Shown piece after piece: positions 1-13,010 of a stretch of DNA of 64,000 bases. The notes below the pieces were generated by a model. It saw only the letters and a list, made by a program, of their open reading frames with translations, was not told the origin of the DNA and did no database searches. Source of the DNA: Vicugna vicugna (taxonomy: Eukaryota); contig MU057801.1 in assembly GCA_013265495.1 (NCBI GenBank), positions 1,729,879 to 1,793,878 of the forward strand, written 5' to 3'. How positions within the stretch are numbered: the stretch's first letter is position 1; each line of letters opens with the position of its first letter. The translations under genes were made by a program, and so were the position numbers.

Positions 1-514
1 ACTCCAGGTGGGATCTTATCTGGGGAAAATGGCCCCAGGAACCAGACTGAGCTAAAGGCGCTGCACGCTGTGCTAACCATGGACCCCTTCAGGCCTCACA
101 ACAGTGCAGCAGACTAGGAGCCACGGTTATTCCAATGCTAGGCATTTACAAACTGGGGCTCAGAAAGGAAAGGTGCTCCCCCCGGCCACCCAGCTAATAC
201 GTGTTGGAAACAGCGGCTCTTCCGCCATGACCCACGTCTCCATGCTCTTCAGGAGAGTGCGGCTTTTGGTGTATGCGCCCCGAGATTGGCGAGGATGCCA
301 AGACTGAGTTTTACTTGGTTGTGACACCTTGAAGGCTGATACTAAAAACGCTGGCTGCTCCAAATCTTCTCTACCCTGTGCGTATACAATTGTGTATTTT
401 TAAACCAAAATAAAGAATTTTGCATTTATGTCCTTTGAAGAGTCTCACATTTACCTCAGTGACTCTTTCCTCGGCCTTCTAAATGTCAGTGAATGTTTAG
501 CGGGACAAGGGCAC

Positions 515-690
515 ATCCAGGTTCAAACCTCAGTCCACAGTGGAGGGCTGTGTGGCCCTGGGCAAGTGACTGAACCTTTCTGAAGGCGGATTTCCTCCCC
601 GTGAGGCATCTCCTCGTGTGGCATCGTGTGAGGGCTGAGAGGAAGGTACTTGTGAAACACGTTGCCCTGCACTTTACACGCAGCGCCCCC
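515..690 (+). mobile_element. MIR SINE fragment
   Basis: ggttcaaacc...gctgtgtggccctgggcaagtgactgaacctttctg...tttcctc resembles the MIR core. Confidence 0.7.
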
Positions 691-2106
691 GATGTCTCTT
701 GCCGACACACGAGCTAGCTCTACAGCTGGGTATCTGAGCATCGCACACAGCAGACTCTAGGTCTGTGGTCTGTGAGCCATTCGTCAGGTGAACTGCTCCC
801 AGAGGCAACAGGCTTCCCAGGGGAGCCGGCACTTTCCCTGCATACTTCCCTTCACCTAGGGGGTCAGCTGACACAGCCTTGTGATCAAAGGCACCCTGAT
901 CTGTAGGGGCAGGAGCGTCACTGCCCGACCACAGCCAGGTGCTTTCTCTGGGTGGTGTAAATGGCAGTACACTCTGTCTTAAGCCCCTTGGCCATCTGAA
1001 TCAGCACTGCATGAAACATGATAAAACAAGTGTGTCCATCAATGTGAACAGGAAGCTCAGAGCTGGGAGAAGTGAAAAACCACGAGCTTGTCTTCCACGT
1101 CCAGAAGTGACCTCTTGCACAGGACAGTCAGCTGCTATTACCCAAGACTTTGAAAAACATGAAAATGGCTCCGCAGCGGGAGGGCTCCCTGCAGACTGCC
1201 TGGTGCTTCTAACCCCCAACAGGACGTGACCACTACCCAAGGATCCGGCTGTAAATGCCTGGGAAGGCTACTCCATTCGCAGTGAATAATTTGCCCGATT
1301 CATTCATAATTATTCACTGTCAACTGGGCAAATTCGGGTAAGTAAGCTCTGATGGAAGGGATGAGTCGTCCTAGGAAGAAAGCAATCAGCGAATCAAAAA
1401 GGCAGGGGAAGAGCCTGGACTTGCGAAGCCATAGCCAGTCTGGGCGTAAGACGGCTCAGAACAGACTGCCCATGGTCCAGTGTGCATCTTACGGTTCTGG
1501 CTGGCCAGGCAGCGTAACGACATGACTATCATTTCCTCTCCGACTTCTCAAGGTCTGTAGAATGAATGGCACCAGCTTGGAAGAAGGTATTGGAGACAAC
1601 AGCAGAGCATCCTTTTAAGGAATTCTGTATCCACAACGTTCTCAGTGGCAGAGAGGCTGATACCGGGTGGGAAAGCAAATACACACACAAACCCCACAGG
1701 AACATAAGTGTCTCTGAGTTGAAAAGTGACCCAAAAGGGGCAAAATCAGAACAAGAACAGGTTTGAGAAAAATATCAGTCCATTTATTTAAGTTACGTGG
1801 TCTCTTTTGCATACATGAAAGAGTGGCATATGATAAACTATGTGCATAAAAGTCTTTAGAATCTCAGTAATTATAAAAGTCCTAGAGAGAAGAAATAATT
1901 GCATCAGATTCAATTGGTAATATGTTTCCTTTGGCGGCACATGAGATTATAGAGCTTTTAATCATTGATGACACTTTATAGTCAGTAAAGTAAGGTACAT
2001 ATATATTCTTCTTTGTAAAAATGAAATTATATTTCTTATAGCCTGCTTTTAAATACTGAACAAGTGCTTTTTGAATTGAATCAAATTAACAACAGGTGTT
2101 AAAACA

Positions 2107-2485
2107 ACAGCAAACCTGTTCATCTATTTTATATAGAGTGGTTTGTATCTGCTAATCTCAAACCCTTAATTTAGCTCTCCTCTCCCCTTTCCCCTTTGTT
2201 AATCATGAGTTTGTTTTCTATGTCTGTGAACCTGTTTCTGTTTTATAAATAAACTCATTTGTACAATTTTTTAAGATTCTATATATAAGTGATACCATAT
2301 ATTTGTCTTTCTCCATCTGACTTACTTCACTTAGTGTGATAATCTCCAGGTCCATCCATGTTGCTGCAAATGGCATTATTTCACTCCTTTTTATGGCTGA
2401 GTAGTATTCCATTGTATAAATATGCCACAACTTCTTTATCCAATCATCTGTCAACGGACATTTAGGTTGCTTCCAAGTCTTGGCT
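2107..2485 (-). mobile_element. L1 3' fragment (ORF2 C-terminus/3'UTR), inverted part of a 5'-inverted insertion
   Basis: Minus-strand ORF WIKKLWHIYTMEYYSAIK...MPFAATWMDLEII matches the L1 ORF2 C-terminus and is followed by cetartiodactyl-type L1 3'UTR. Confidence 0.92.
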
Positions 2486-2615
2486 TATAATAACCTATAA
2501 TGAGAAGAATACATGTTTGTGTGTATGTAAAAGTGAATCACTGCCATACACCAGAAACTAACACAATACTGTGAATCCACTACACTTCACTCAAGCACAC
2601 ACACACACACACAGT
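2486..2615 (+). mobile_element. L1 terminal 3'UTR plus (CA)n-converted tail, non-inverted part
   Basis: tataataacctataatgagaagaa...tgaatcactgccatacaccagaaactaacacaatactgtgaatccactacacttca is the extreme L1 3' end in + orientation. Confidence 0.85.
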
Positions 2616-3879
2616 AAAACATGTCTGGCTAAGTTCATTCACTGGAATGTGCAGGGACCGCTCCCTGGCTGTCCACCTCTCCACTGAGAGTTACTGCAAA
2701 CCCTTCTCAGACGGTGCCAGGCAGGAAGTCAGAGGAAAACTGGTGCAGTCTTATCGTCTGTTAGCCTGAGAGGGCGTCCTGGGGGATGCATATCCGGCCC
2801 CAGCTTCTGCTTCCTATTTCTGAGGTGGCCCAGGCCTCTGCTTCCCTCTGCCTGCTCCCCGGACTGAAGGCCCCAGCACCAGCGGCGCCCGCTGGCTTCC
2901 GAGCGGCCAGCGCCACTCCCCCGGGCAGGGCCGTGGACGTGAGGTCTGCCCCGGAGCATGTGGGCTCGCTGGGTGAATTCCCACAGGTGGGGGTTACTCC
3001 CAGGGAGTTCATTCTAAACCCCAAGAGCATTCTTTGCCAGAGGCACCTTAGGAAAATAGGTGACCCCGGGGTCGCCAGCCTTGGCCTGCAAGTTCCTTTC
3101 TGAGACTTGTTTTTGAGAGGCAGAGGGCGGTGGGAAAGCGGAGTGCGTGTGCACATGCCCGGCTGCAGCGCCGTCCGCCCTTTCTGTGCTTACAGGCTTG
3201 ACAGTTTAGGGCTCGAGACCTAATTTGCAGGAGCCTCAGTTTCCCTACTTGGAGCCAGGGACATCCTGCCTCTTTTGCAGGTGACGCTTAAGGATCCAGT
3301 GAGATCCTGCTCAGAAGCTCGGTCTCCATGCAGAGGGAGAGCCTCAAAGAGTTCCGGCCGCTGGGCTTCGGAAGGAAGGAAACTCGAAGGCTGAGAACAG
3401 TCGAGGGCTGTGCGTTTGCAAAGGCTGGGAAGCCCTGAACGGCCAGTCCAGCCCACGCCTCCCGCCCCAGTCCCAGCCGGAGAAGTGCAGTTCTGACGCA
3501 GGCAGGCGCTCTCAGGAGAGCAGGGGCAGAGCCTGGGGGCCACGCGGGGCTGGAGACGGGCTTTGGGCCCAAAGTTCCCTCAACATCCTTTGTAGAGTTC
3601 TCCTCCGTGTCGTAGAGTAACCACGAGTAACCTCTGACTCGCTGAATGTGTTTAAACATCTCAGCCTGATGGAGTGTGGCTCAATGCCCGCTTTGGCCAA
3701 AGCCAGTTAAAATGGAGAGCTTAAGCTGTGTTGTCTTAAATTAGAATTTCAGAGGTAAAGCTTAGGGCAAGATGGGAATTCAAATTTAAGAAACCGAAAG
3801 GAAGAATACCAAGCAATCAGAGGACAACGCTTCGTCTTTCACGGGGCGGGGGTTCGTCATTCTCTTGCACAGCCAAGCA

Positions 3880-4740
3880 CACCTGGCAAGGTGAACGGCG
3901 CTGTCTCTTAGCGCCACGCTTTTCAAGCTACATGGACACCTGGCTTTGCACGAGAGGCTCCGGTGAAGTCGCCGTCGGCACCCGCGCAGCGCGCTGTGTC
4001 CGGAGCTTCCCTCGCTTCCGCCGGAACCGGAGCTGCGCCCGGAGCACGCGGGGCTGGTAAGCTGTCTGGCTCTGACACAGAACCCCCACCGTCCCCGGCG
4101 GCCACGGCCCCCCTGCCCCGCCCCCGACCCGGGCCCCCCCCGCAGGGCGGGTCCTGGTGCCGGACAGGGCGGAGGGACTCTCGGGCCGGAGGCTCGGTGT
4201 GNNNNNNNNNNNNNNNNNNNNNNNNNNNNNNNNNNNNNNNNNNNNNNNNNNNNNNNNNNNNNNNNNNNNNNNNNNNNNNNNNNNNNNNNNNNNNNNNNNN
4301 NNNNNNNNNNNNNNNNNNNNNNNNNNNNNNNNNNNNNNNNNNNNNNNNNNNNNNNNNNNNNNNNNNNNNNNNNNNNNNNNNNNNNNNNNNNNNNNNNNNN
4401 NNNNNNNNNNNNNNNNNNNNNNNNNNNNNNNNNNNNNNNAGGCCCACCCCTCCCCCGCGTCTGAGCAAGGCTCTTCTTCCACGTGCTGGTTTTCAGATCA
4501 ACTTGTTTTGTCAGCTATACACCAACCCCTTCTCGCTCCTGCTCGGCAGTATCAGGGCACACGTGCGTGCCTTATGCTGGGTGCCATTTTCCTCAGACAG
4601 TGAGATCAAGGACGGGGAAAGCCAGAAGTGCCCGCCGGAGACGGGGGTGGAGGGGCGCCCAGAAGCAGCCGCGCTGCATCCCGACCGCGTGCGGGGGCAC
4701 GGGGCCTACCCACGTGTACATTCATGGGACTACACGCCAG
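3880..4740. promoter_or_regulatory. CpG island (interrupted by a gap); possible promoter of a + strand non-coding transcript
   Basis: Dense CpG, GC boxes and ETS-like ccggaa; candidate donor CTG|gtaagc after 4056. Confidence 0.6.
4202..4439. other. Assembly gap (N run)
   Basis: Ns inside a GC-rich island. Confidence 1.
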
Positions 4741-5229
4741 AAAAAAAAGTCTGTTTTCCTATACGTTCGTTTAAAAAGAAAAGCTATTAAATCTTTCTCA
4801 TGTGCTAGAAAAATATAAAGGAAAAACACTTTTTCCCCAAAATTTTTGCAAAAGGTTAAAGAAAGTTACCTGGCCTGAGTTCATGTAAGTCTTAGAAGGA
4901 TGACTCACATGGAAACTGCAGATGAAAAGCCAGCACATACGGTGGGGTGGGGGAGTCCCCTGACAGCCGGGCCAGCCAGGGCTCTGAGGACAGTAGCTGG
5001 GGGTCCCGGAAGCCCAGCAGGTCTCCGGGTGCCGGCCCCTCGCCCCGCAGCGGCGCCGGGAGAAGCCGTGGCCCGTGGTCCACCCTGGCTACACGCTCCA
5101 AACACTTCAAGGACTTTCAGAGCGTACTCCCGCCCAGGCTGCCCCCAAGATTGAGCATATCGGAGACACTGGGACCGACTCAGGCATCCATATTTTTAAG
5201 TTTCCCAGCTGGCCAGACATTCAGCTGAG

Positions 5230-5520
5230 TTGGAGAAGCCATGCGCAGGAGCAGAGGCAGGCGCAGGCCCTGAGTCCGGCCAGGCCAGGTGCCCAGAGGA
5301 TGCGGGCGAGCTGGGCAGGGGCACTGGGCAGGGGGGGTCCAGTGAGCACAGACAGACCAGGCAGGAGGCCCTTCCAGTGCCCAGTCCCCAGGTGAGGGTG
5401 GGGCAGCCTGAGGTGATGGTGGAGCTGGAGCGAGGCCCACAGGTGGGGAACCTGAGCAGGTGAGGTCCACCTCGGAGCTTGCGCGGTCCAGCCAGGAGGG
5501 AGCGGAGGGAACGGTGGGTC
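5230..5520 (-). mobile_element. L2 LINE fragment, GC-shifted
   Basis: gacagaccaggcaggaggcccttccagtg...ccaggtgagggtggggcagcctg...gtgatggtggagctggag resembles antisense L2. Confidence 0.5.
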
Positions 5521-7789
5521 AGGGGGCCCCTCCAGACCCTCAGCGGGACTCCTGGGCCTGATTTGTGTTCCGTCGGCAAATTGATTTAGTGTCGCCATCC
5601 ACGGTGAGACCCAGAGGGCGCGGGCAGGAAACTCACCTGAGCAGCAATAAACAGCCCGGCTCGTGGGGCCCGCTCTCCGCGGGAGCAGGCTCGCCTGTAA
5701 TGACCTCCAATGTGGAAAGAAAAAGAACATTCACATCCTGACTCTAAAGTTCTCTCCTCGCCCCGTGAGTCAGTACATAAACTTTGATTCCGACGTTGGC
5801 AGGACTGTCAGCAGCTCGTATGTCACGAGCAGAGCGCCGAGGCTCCCCGTGCCCGACGGCGGCTGCTTCTGCCGCCTTCCCCGGGGGCCGGCGCCTCCTT
5901 CGTGAAACCTCAGGGGCCCGGGCAGCGCGGCCGAGGGGAGAGTGCACGCAGCACAGACCTTTGCCTCAGGCCCTGATCGTGGCGGAGCGGCGGGGCCAGG
6001 CCGGTCGCTGCCTCCCACTCTGGGCACGTGTCACAGGTGGCCGTCTGCACTCCTCTCAACGTGGGTCACCTCAGCCCCTCGAGGCCAGGGCTGCAGCTCG
6101 CAGGGTCCCCGCTGACAGCCAAGCTGGGAGCAGCCAGAAGATTAGCCAGGATCAGCAGACACAGATGCAAACGACAAATAAAGTGGAAGCAGGAGACAGG
6201 TGGCTCCCACTCCTCCTAGGGCCATAGCTGCTCCTAACCCAGCTCTCCTCCTGAGCTCCTCAGATCCTGGCGCTTCCTGCCGCAGGGCTTGAGGAAGAAG
6301 GCCTTGGGGTGGTCAAAGGCCCCGGGGTCCGCAGGCCGAGTCCCCGTCCCTCCCCGCCCACCTCTTGTGGGCATGGTCCTCCCAGTAGGGACAGTCAGTG
6401 CCACCACCGGCGCCCGTGACGTTAAGACAGAACTCCACACCGCCGTTAACGAGTTAAACTCACTCACACAATATCAGCTTCACCACCTAAAACCAGGCCC
6501 GTCCTGACGCGTCGGTGGGTGACAGGTTAGGGAGCAGGGACCACGGTGTGGAACGCACACTCCGCGTCCCCACTGAAGAAACCCCCCACCCACAGCCCCC
6601 TTGAAGGGCCAGGTGTACGATGGTCCAGCGATGGTCAGGTGGGGCTGGAGTAACCAGAGGTGTTTGAAGGCCTTGGAGTCTCATTATAATTGACACAGCC
6701 GGCGTTTGGTGCTAGGTAGTTTATGAGGATGAAAATGAAATTACAGGACATAAAATATTAAAAAACTAATCAATATTGTATAACCAGGAAGCCTGGGAAT
6801 TGAAGGGACTTCTCACGTGCTCCGTTTGAGGCCTGAATGCCAGGGTTCGGCACAGGCAGAGAAAGCTGGAGTTCAGGTTATGCCCATGTGACCTCATCCA
6901 AGGGGGACCCTCCTCCCCGAGCCTGACATCCCAGACGCAGACTGACTTCTGCCCCTGCCCCGTCTCCCTCGCGTGTGCGTCCTCACTCTCTCTAATGGCC
7001 ATGTACAGTGAGCGGCCAGCCTGGAAGGACAGAGGATTGGCTCATCCTGGATCAGCTCAGAAGTTCAGCCTAACTCCAGGGCTGCCCCTCGCTCAGCAGA
7101 GGCTGGCCCTGGGGTGCATCATAGCCCAGCGCTCCCACTGCCCATGGGTGTTAATCCCAAGGGTGCTTTCTAAAAAGATGCCCCAGTGTGCTAATCTCCA
7201 CCTTGAAATCTGTCTCCCGTGACCCCAAACCACAGCAGATGCAAAGGGATCAGGGTGCTGATGGAGTTGGTGAGGCCAGAAGAAGGGACACTGGGAAAAT
7301 CTGGTACCAAGTGGTCCCATCCACCAAACCCAAGGGTCAGCGGAAGGAGCTGATCTGGAGGGGATTTGCTGGGTTTGGTCTCAGGCATGTTGCGTTTAAC
7401 TCTGAAAGACCTAAGGAGCCCACGGGATTCGGTGCCCCTAACGTGAGGACGACTGGCTTTACCCACTTTTGCAACAGCCCTGCCCCCGTGGCCACAGACT
7501 GGGCTAGTCCTTGTTCATAACCACGGCCGGGGGTCCGAGCACCCTCGGGAGGATGTGCTACTGGAGAGGAAGAGTTTTGTCTCCTCTGGTCCTGGAGCCT
7601 CTGATGGGAGCCCCTGACCTGCAGGGGCCGAGTGTGTAGGGGGGAGAAGAAAGACCACACCGAGGGATCGTGAGGAAGCCCCAGTGCGCCCAGACCCTGC
7701 CGTGTCCGCCTGGCTCTCAGGCCGCCCTGTCGTCTGCAAGCAGGTGGAATTCCAAGGTGACCCCACATCCCACCCTCTGGTGTGCAAAC

Positions 7790-8739
7790 CCTGTGTGGTC
7801 CCCCCAGGTCCCAAGTGGAGTGGGACCTCAAATACGGCAGGAGAGCACCCCTGTGATTAGTTTACGTTATCTGCAAAGGCAGAGGGGTGGTCTCAGCTGG
7901 GATTATGTCACCTTATATAAAACCTTTTCTTTTTAAAAAAATTATTGAAGTGCAATTGATGTACAACATTAGCTTCAGGTGCACAGCAAAGTGATTCAGT
8001 TGCACAGGTGCATGCATATATGTTTTTTCTTTTCAAATTCTTTCCCACTGTAGGTTATCAGAAGACACTGAACACAGTTCCCTGTGCTGCACAGCAGGTC
8101 CTTGCTGTTTCTCTGTTTTATACGCAGTAGTGTGTGTCTGCTAATCCCAAACCCCTAACGCACCCCTCCCCGCCCTTTCTGCTTTGGTGACCATAGTTTG
8201 TTTTCTACGTCCATGAGTCTGTTTTTGGCCTGTAAACATAGTTTGTGTCATTTTGTTTAGGTTCCCCCTGTAAGTGATACCCCATGATACCTGCCTTTTT
8301 CTGACCTACTTCACTTAGTGTGATCATGTCTAGGTCCAGCCATGTTCCTGCAATGGTCTTACTATACGACCCCATCTTAGCAGACTGTGGAGGGTCATGT
8401 GTTAGCCTTGAAGAAACACACTGCCCTGCTGTGGAGACAGACACCCCAAGGTGGCCTCAAGTTGCTGGAAATGGTCCCAGTGCACAGCCATCCAGAAAAC
8501 ATGGACCTTAGTCACACAGGCAGGAGGAACCGGATTTTGCCAACAGCCCGAGTCAGGCTGGAAGAGGGCTTGGAGCTCCAGGTGCAACTGCACCTGGCTG
8601 ACACTTGACTTCGGTCTGGTAGGTCCCCAAGCAGAGGACCTGGATTCCTGACCCACGGGCACTGGGAGTTAGCAGAAGTACGTTTCCCTGAGCCACTAAT
8701 TTGTGGTTGTTTGTTACACAGCAGCAGGAAACGAATACA
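7790..8739 (+). mobile_element. MaLR (MLT1-type) LTR split by an L1 insertion
   Basis: 5' part cccctgtgattagtttacgttatctgcaaagg; 3' part gctgacacttgact...agccactaatttgtggttgtttgttacacagcagcaggaaacgaataca is a typical MLT1 end. Confidence 0.75.
7930..8356 (-). mobile_element. L1 3' end fragment nested in the MLT1 LTR
   Basis: Antisense L1 tail (attgaagtgcaattgatgtacaacatt...) through cttcacttagtgtgatcatgtctaggtcc. Confidence 0.88.
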
Positions 8740-10984
8740 CTGTCCCCACCACGTCTGTACCCAGGAGACTCCACTTTCCCTCTTAAATTTACACGAGTCA
8801 ATTGTCTTCATTCTTCAGTGATGGGCGTTTGGGAGATGAGCTGACCATAGGAATATAGAGAAGCAAGCAAGCCGGCAGCTAGGGAGCTAGGAGCTCCGGG
8901 GAGACAGCACCTCCGCGGTGCGTGATGCTGCTGCTGAAAAAGACCTGAGCGTCCCACCTGGAGGAGGCCGAGCGGATACCTGCCTGGACCCAAAGAAACA
9001 AAAATGACCCACAGGTCATTTCCAGCCACGAAACAGTGTGTGTGTGCCCTGACTGAGTGCAGATGAGGGGAGCCTCCTTCAGTTGCTACTTATGGGCCGG
9101 GGTGGAGGCAGGCAGGGTAGGGGCAGGCGGGGCGCCCACGAGGCTCTGTGGGTGGTGTGCCGAGCGTGGGCTCCATCCCCGCTGTCACTGTGTTACCTGC
9201 CCTGCGTAAGGAGAAACGGGATTCTGCATTCAGAGAACGCTGGCAGGAGACCTAGGAGTGAGACAGTCCAGCCCCATGTTCCAGTAACAAGGAGAAGAGA
9301 GCTGGAGGGCAGGACAGCAGGGCCGGACTTGAACTCAGCTCTCAGGGCGGGGCTCCGGGACCCCCACACCTCCTCCCCCCACCGCACACCGCGCCCCTCG
9401 GGAGGCGGGCGGCACGTGTGTCTCTGAGAGCTCGGGCCTCTTGCTCTGATGGCTGTTTGATGGAGTTCTTTTATAGAGCTATGCTTTATTAAACTAATTT
9501 TTAATGTGATTCAAAGCCCCAGTGTGAAATATGAGAAGAGAGTCATAAACCATCTTGGGGGGAAATATTAGGGAAAGTGTGGCTGTTGTAAAATTCTTTC
9601 TAGGGGCGTAGGTTCCCGAGGGGAAGGGAGGTGGGGGGACGGGGCCCCTCCTGCCCCATCGCCTCCCTGTTGGATGCTGTTCTAGGAAGGAGCAAACTTC
9701 TGGAGCATCTTCACGGTGGCTCTACATGACCACACACCAGAACCTCGTGTGAATTTATTTAAAAACATGATTATTATTCCATAAGTCAGGGTAGAGTCTT
9801 GGTAATAATCTTTGCCAAAAATCTCCACGAATGCCACGAATCTTGCCAAGGGATCCGGCAGAAGTCGAATCAGGCATTTGGATCCAGCTGCCAGACTTCA
9901 GGAAATACGGTGGAGGGAGGCGTTGACTGTGTCGCGAGGGCGCAGCCTGCCAAACGCAGACCGTGGAAACTGCGGGCCCCACAGCCTGCGTCCTTGGCGG
10001 ATAAACTGAAATAATAAAAAAAAAAAAGGGTGGGGAAGGGACTTATAAATCAGAAGGGACTTAAACGACACTTCAAGTTTGAAACAATGTGAAGAAAGAT
10101 TTACTGTCAAAGTGAGACGAGGTGGGTGTTTGCAGGGAGACGGCTGAGCCCGCACGGGGACACGGGGCCCCAGCCACGCTCTGCTTCTTCACTTGGGTCC
10201 AGGCACAAGGCCGCTCCCTCAGCTCGCTGACTTTCATTTGTTTTGTGTAGCTTTCTGTATTTGTGTTTCATTTTACAATAAGAAGTTGAGAAGAACCCCC
10301 CCCCCGAGGTGGCTGTGATTTAGAAGTAGAGCATCTTTGCCCGGCCACGCGCCAGTCTTCACACCAGGGACGCGCACGTCCCCTCCAGCTAACTGGAACG
10401 GATCTGGGGGAGCACACTGAGTTATGTCCACCTTATAATTCAGGAAGCTGCACCCCAGCTGCGTCTTGCTGGTGTTACAACTAAATGTTGTTGAAAACTC
10501 CGGTTTTGCTGGAGGGACGCTGTGGGCGGGGACCGGGTGAAGAGGCTCAGGCTAACCCCTTCCTCTGGTGCCACAGCATTCTAGAACACAGGAACCAGAG
10601 CCTCCTCGGAGGCCACCGGCCACAAACACCCCTGCACTGCTCAGCGAGCACGCTCAAGCCCGGAGCAGACCTAGCGCACAGCTGGCCGCGCGGACGGTGC
10701 ACGTGCCCCAGGCTCTCTGACTCTCCAGCTGGTGCTTAGGAAAAGGAACTTCCGTTTCCTGACCCCTGAAAATGTCTTCCCCTTTACCTACATGAATCCA
10801 TTTAATCCTCCGCCACCTCGTAGAGGAATAATAATTGGAGCTCAGGGCGAGGGAGCATTCCCAGTCGTGGCTTGAAAGTGACAGGGCTGGAATCTGATCC
10901 GTGACCCCCGTATCTGTTCTGAGAGGGCTTGTCCGGCCTGTGACCCCCAAGGAAACCGTCCTGATAATGGGCTGGTCACCCCCC

Positions 10985-11804
10985 TGATGCCCGAACCCCA
11001 GACCCCCAAGGGGTGTTCTCTGCTCTCCCAAGGGCCTGACTCCCGGCTTCATCAGCGGGATTCCTTTGCCCTCTGGCTGCTGCATGGATTCAGGCAACGA
11101 GGGGCTCTAGAGAGACCAGAGGGTGGGGAAGGCAGAGCGGGCGGGGTGTTTCTCCCACTGTGGTCTCTCCGCTTCCGTGCAGACCCGGACCGGGTCCTCA
11201 GTTGCACCCCCAACCCCCTTCAGAGGCAGAAATGGCTTCCCAGGCTGCCTGTCCCTGGAAGCCCCCACCTTCCCTCTGTGTTCCCTGAGCTGTGCACACA
11301 CTCTGGCAAAGAGTCACATCATTAAACTCTTTCATCAAAACTGTTTTGGGTATTTTTCTGAAGAAAGCAAAGACACTAACTCAAAACGGCACATGACCCC
11401 CACGTTCCCTGCAGCATTGTTTACAACGGCCAAGACACAGAAACAGCCCAAGTGTCCAACCAAGTGATGGGGGAATGGATAATGACGATGAGGTGTACAC
11501 GCACAATGGAATATTACTCAGCCCTAAAAAAGAATGGACTCTCGCCTTTTGTGACAACATGGACGGACTTCAAGGGCATCCTGCTCAGTAAAGTGAGTCA
11601 GACAGAGACAGACAAGCACCATTCGGCCTCATTTATATGTAAAATCTAAAATTTGTACATTGTGTGTGTGTGTGTGTGCACGCGCGCACTCTTAGATGCA
11701 GAATGGTAGTTACCAGTGGGGACACTGGGAGAACACTTTTTTGTTTAAATGAATTGAAAAACACTGATTAGAAGTCACTTTCCCACCAAGACCCAGACTG
11801 ACAC
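10985..11804 (+). mobile_element. ERVL LTR33-like LTR interrupted by an L1 fragment
   Basis: ttcctttgccctctggctgc...ccagagggtggggaagg...ggggtgtttctccc...cattaaactcttt, resuming after the L1 as ttcccaccaagacccagactgacaca. Confidence 0.65.
11345..11730 (+). mobile_element. L1 ORF2-end/3'UTR fragment with (TG)n
   Basis: Translates TPTFPAALFTTAKTQKQPKCP and TMEYYSALKKN...FVTTWTDFKGILLSKVSQ. Confidence 0.88.
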
Positions 11805-12849
11805 AAAAACCGACCACACACAGAGACGAGGGAGCATCCATCTTAGTCCACAGTCTCAGGGATAAAAGTCATGTCATTTCTCTTTTACATCTTTTCTCTG
11901 TTAAACCCAGCTCTGGGATGCATGAGATTGGCTGGCAGGACACACCCTGTAAGATTTTACTGAGCTCTCTTCACCCCTGAGTCTATATGAAAAATTCAGG
12001 GGTCTGATGCTCAGCAAACTGTTCTGTAAGACCCCTCTGTCTTCAGGGGATGCTGGTCACCTCTGTGACCCCACTGTCCAGTGCACATGGACCCTTGAAG
12101 TCTGGAGGTCCTGCCACGCTGGGAGCTCGGCCATTCTGGGCCCCAGAGCTCAGGTCCGGCCCCTCAGGTGTCCCCTCAATCCTGCTCTGGTCTCCAGAGG
12201 TCCTGTCATGTCCTCAGGGCCATCCAAGGGAGAGGACAAGGCCTCACCACCCAAGAAACCCTGGGTGTCTTTCCCCTCTGTCTCAAATTGCACACCCAAT
12301 TTTGGCCCTGAGTCCACATCTCTGGAGTCAGGAAAGATCAGGGAGCTAGGCCGTTTGCTTGAGCAGGAGAAGACCAGGAGAAGAGAGGAAAACACAGCGA
12401 CAAGATGCAGAAGAACGGGGTATCACGCTTGCAACGCCGTCAGAGCCCAGAAACCCGAGTGGGCTCCTCACTTCCTTGGCGAGCGCCAGGGGACCGGACA
12501 GACCTCACTGCCCTGGAAACCGGTCTCGAAGGAGAACGGCAGCCGATGGACCCTGCAGACCCTCCGCGGGCAGGGCAACACGGGAGTCTGGGTGCTTCCA
12601 GCTGCGCCGAGATGCAGCTGCCGTGCAACTTTGCGTGCGTTGAAGGCGTAGAAGGGATGGTTTGGTGCACTCACACACGGCGAATTCTGCTGCACCCAGG
12701 CAGCGGCCCCGCTAAGGGAGGAATCACCTCTTGGTGCCAATTGTTTTGTCATAATTCCCTGCAGACCCATGTGTTTTCACTCTGTGAATCTTTGCATTTG
12801 CACGTCTGCCTTCCTGTGCCAATGAATACACAGCTGCTCCAGTGCGTCT

Positions 12850-13010
12850 CCAAGAAGGGCCCCCGCCAGGTGCTCCATGAATTATTGAGGCACATTTAAA
12901 AATACAGATTCCTGAGCTTTTCTTTCCACTGAATCAAAACCTTGCAGAGTATGGAAGAATCTGTTTTAAACAGACTTCTGGAGTGACTGCTATCTGCAGT
13001 TTGTGTGGAT
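12850..13010. mobile_element. MER5A-like hAT-Charlie fragment
   Basis: ttaaaaatacagattcctgagc...actgaatcaaaacc...gaatctgttttaaacag. Confidence 0.55.

Noticed and set aside
3923..4790. Long ORFs spanning the first gap (likewise 29796-30765 and 32836-33567)
   Set aside because: Their length is an artefact of N runs translated as X.
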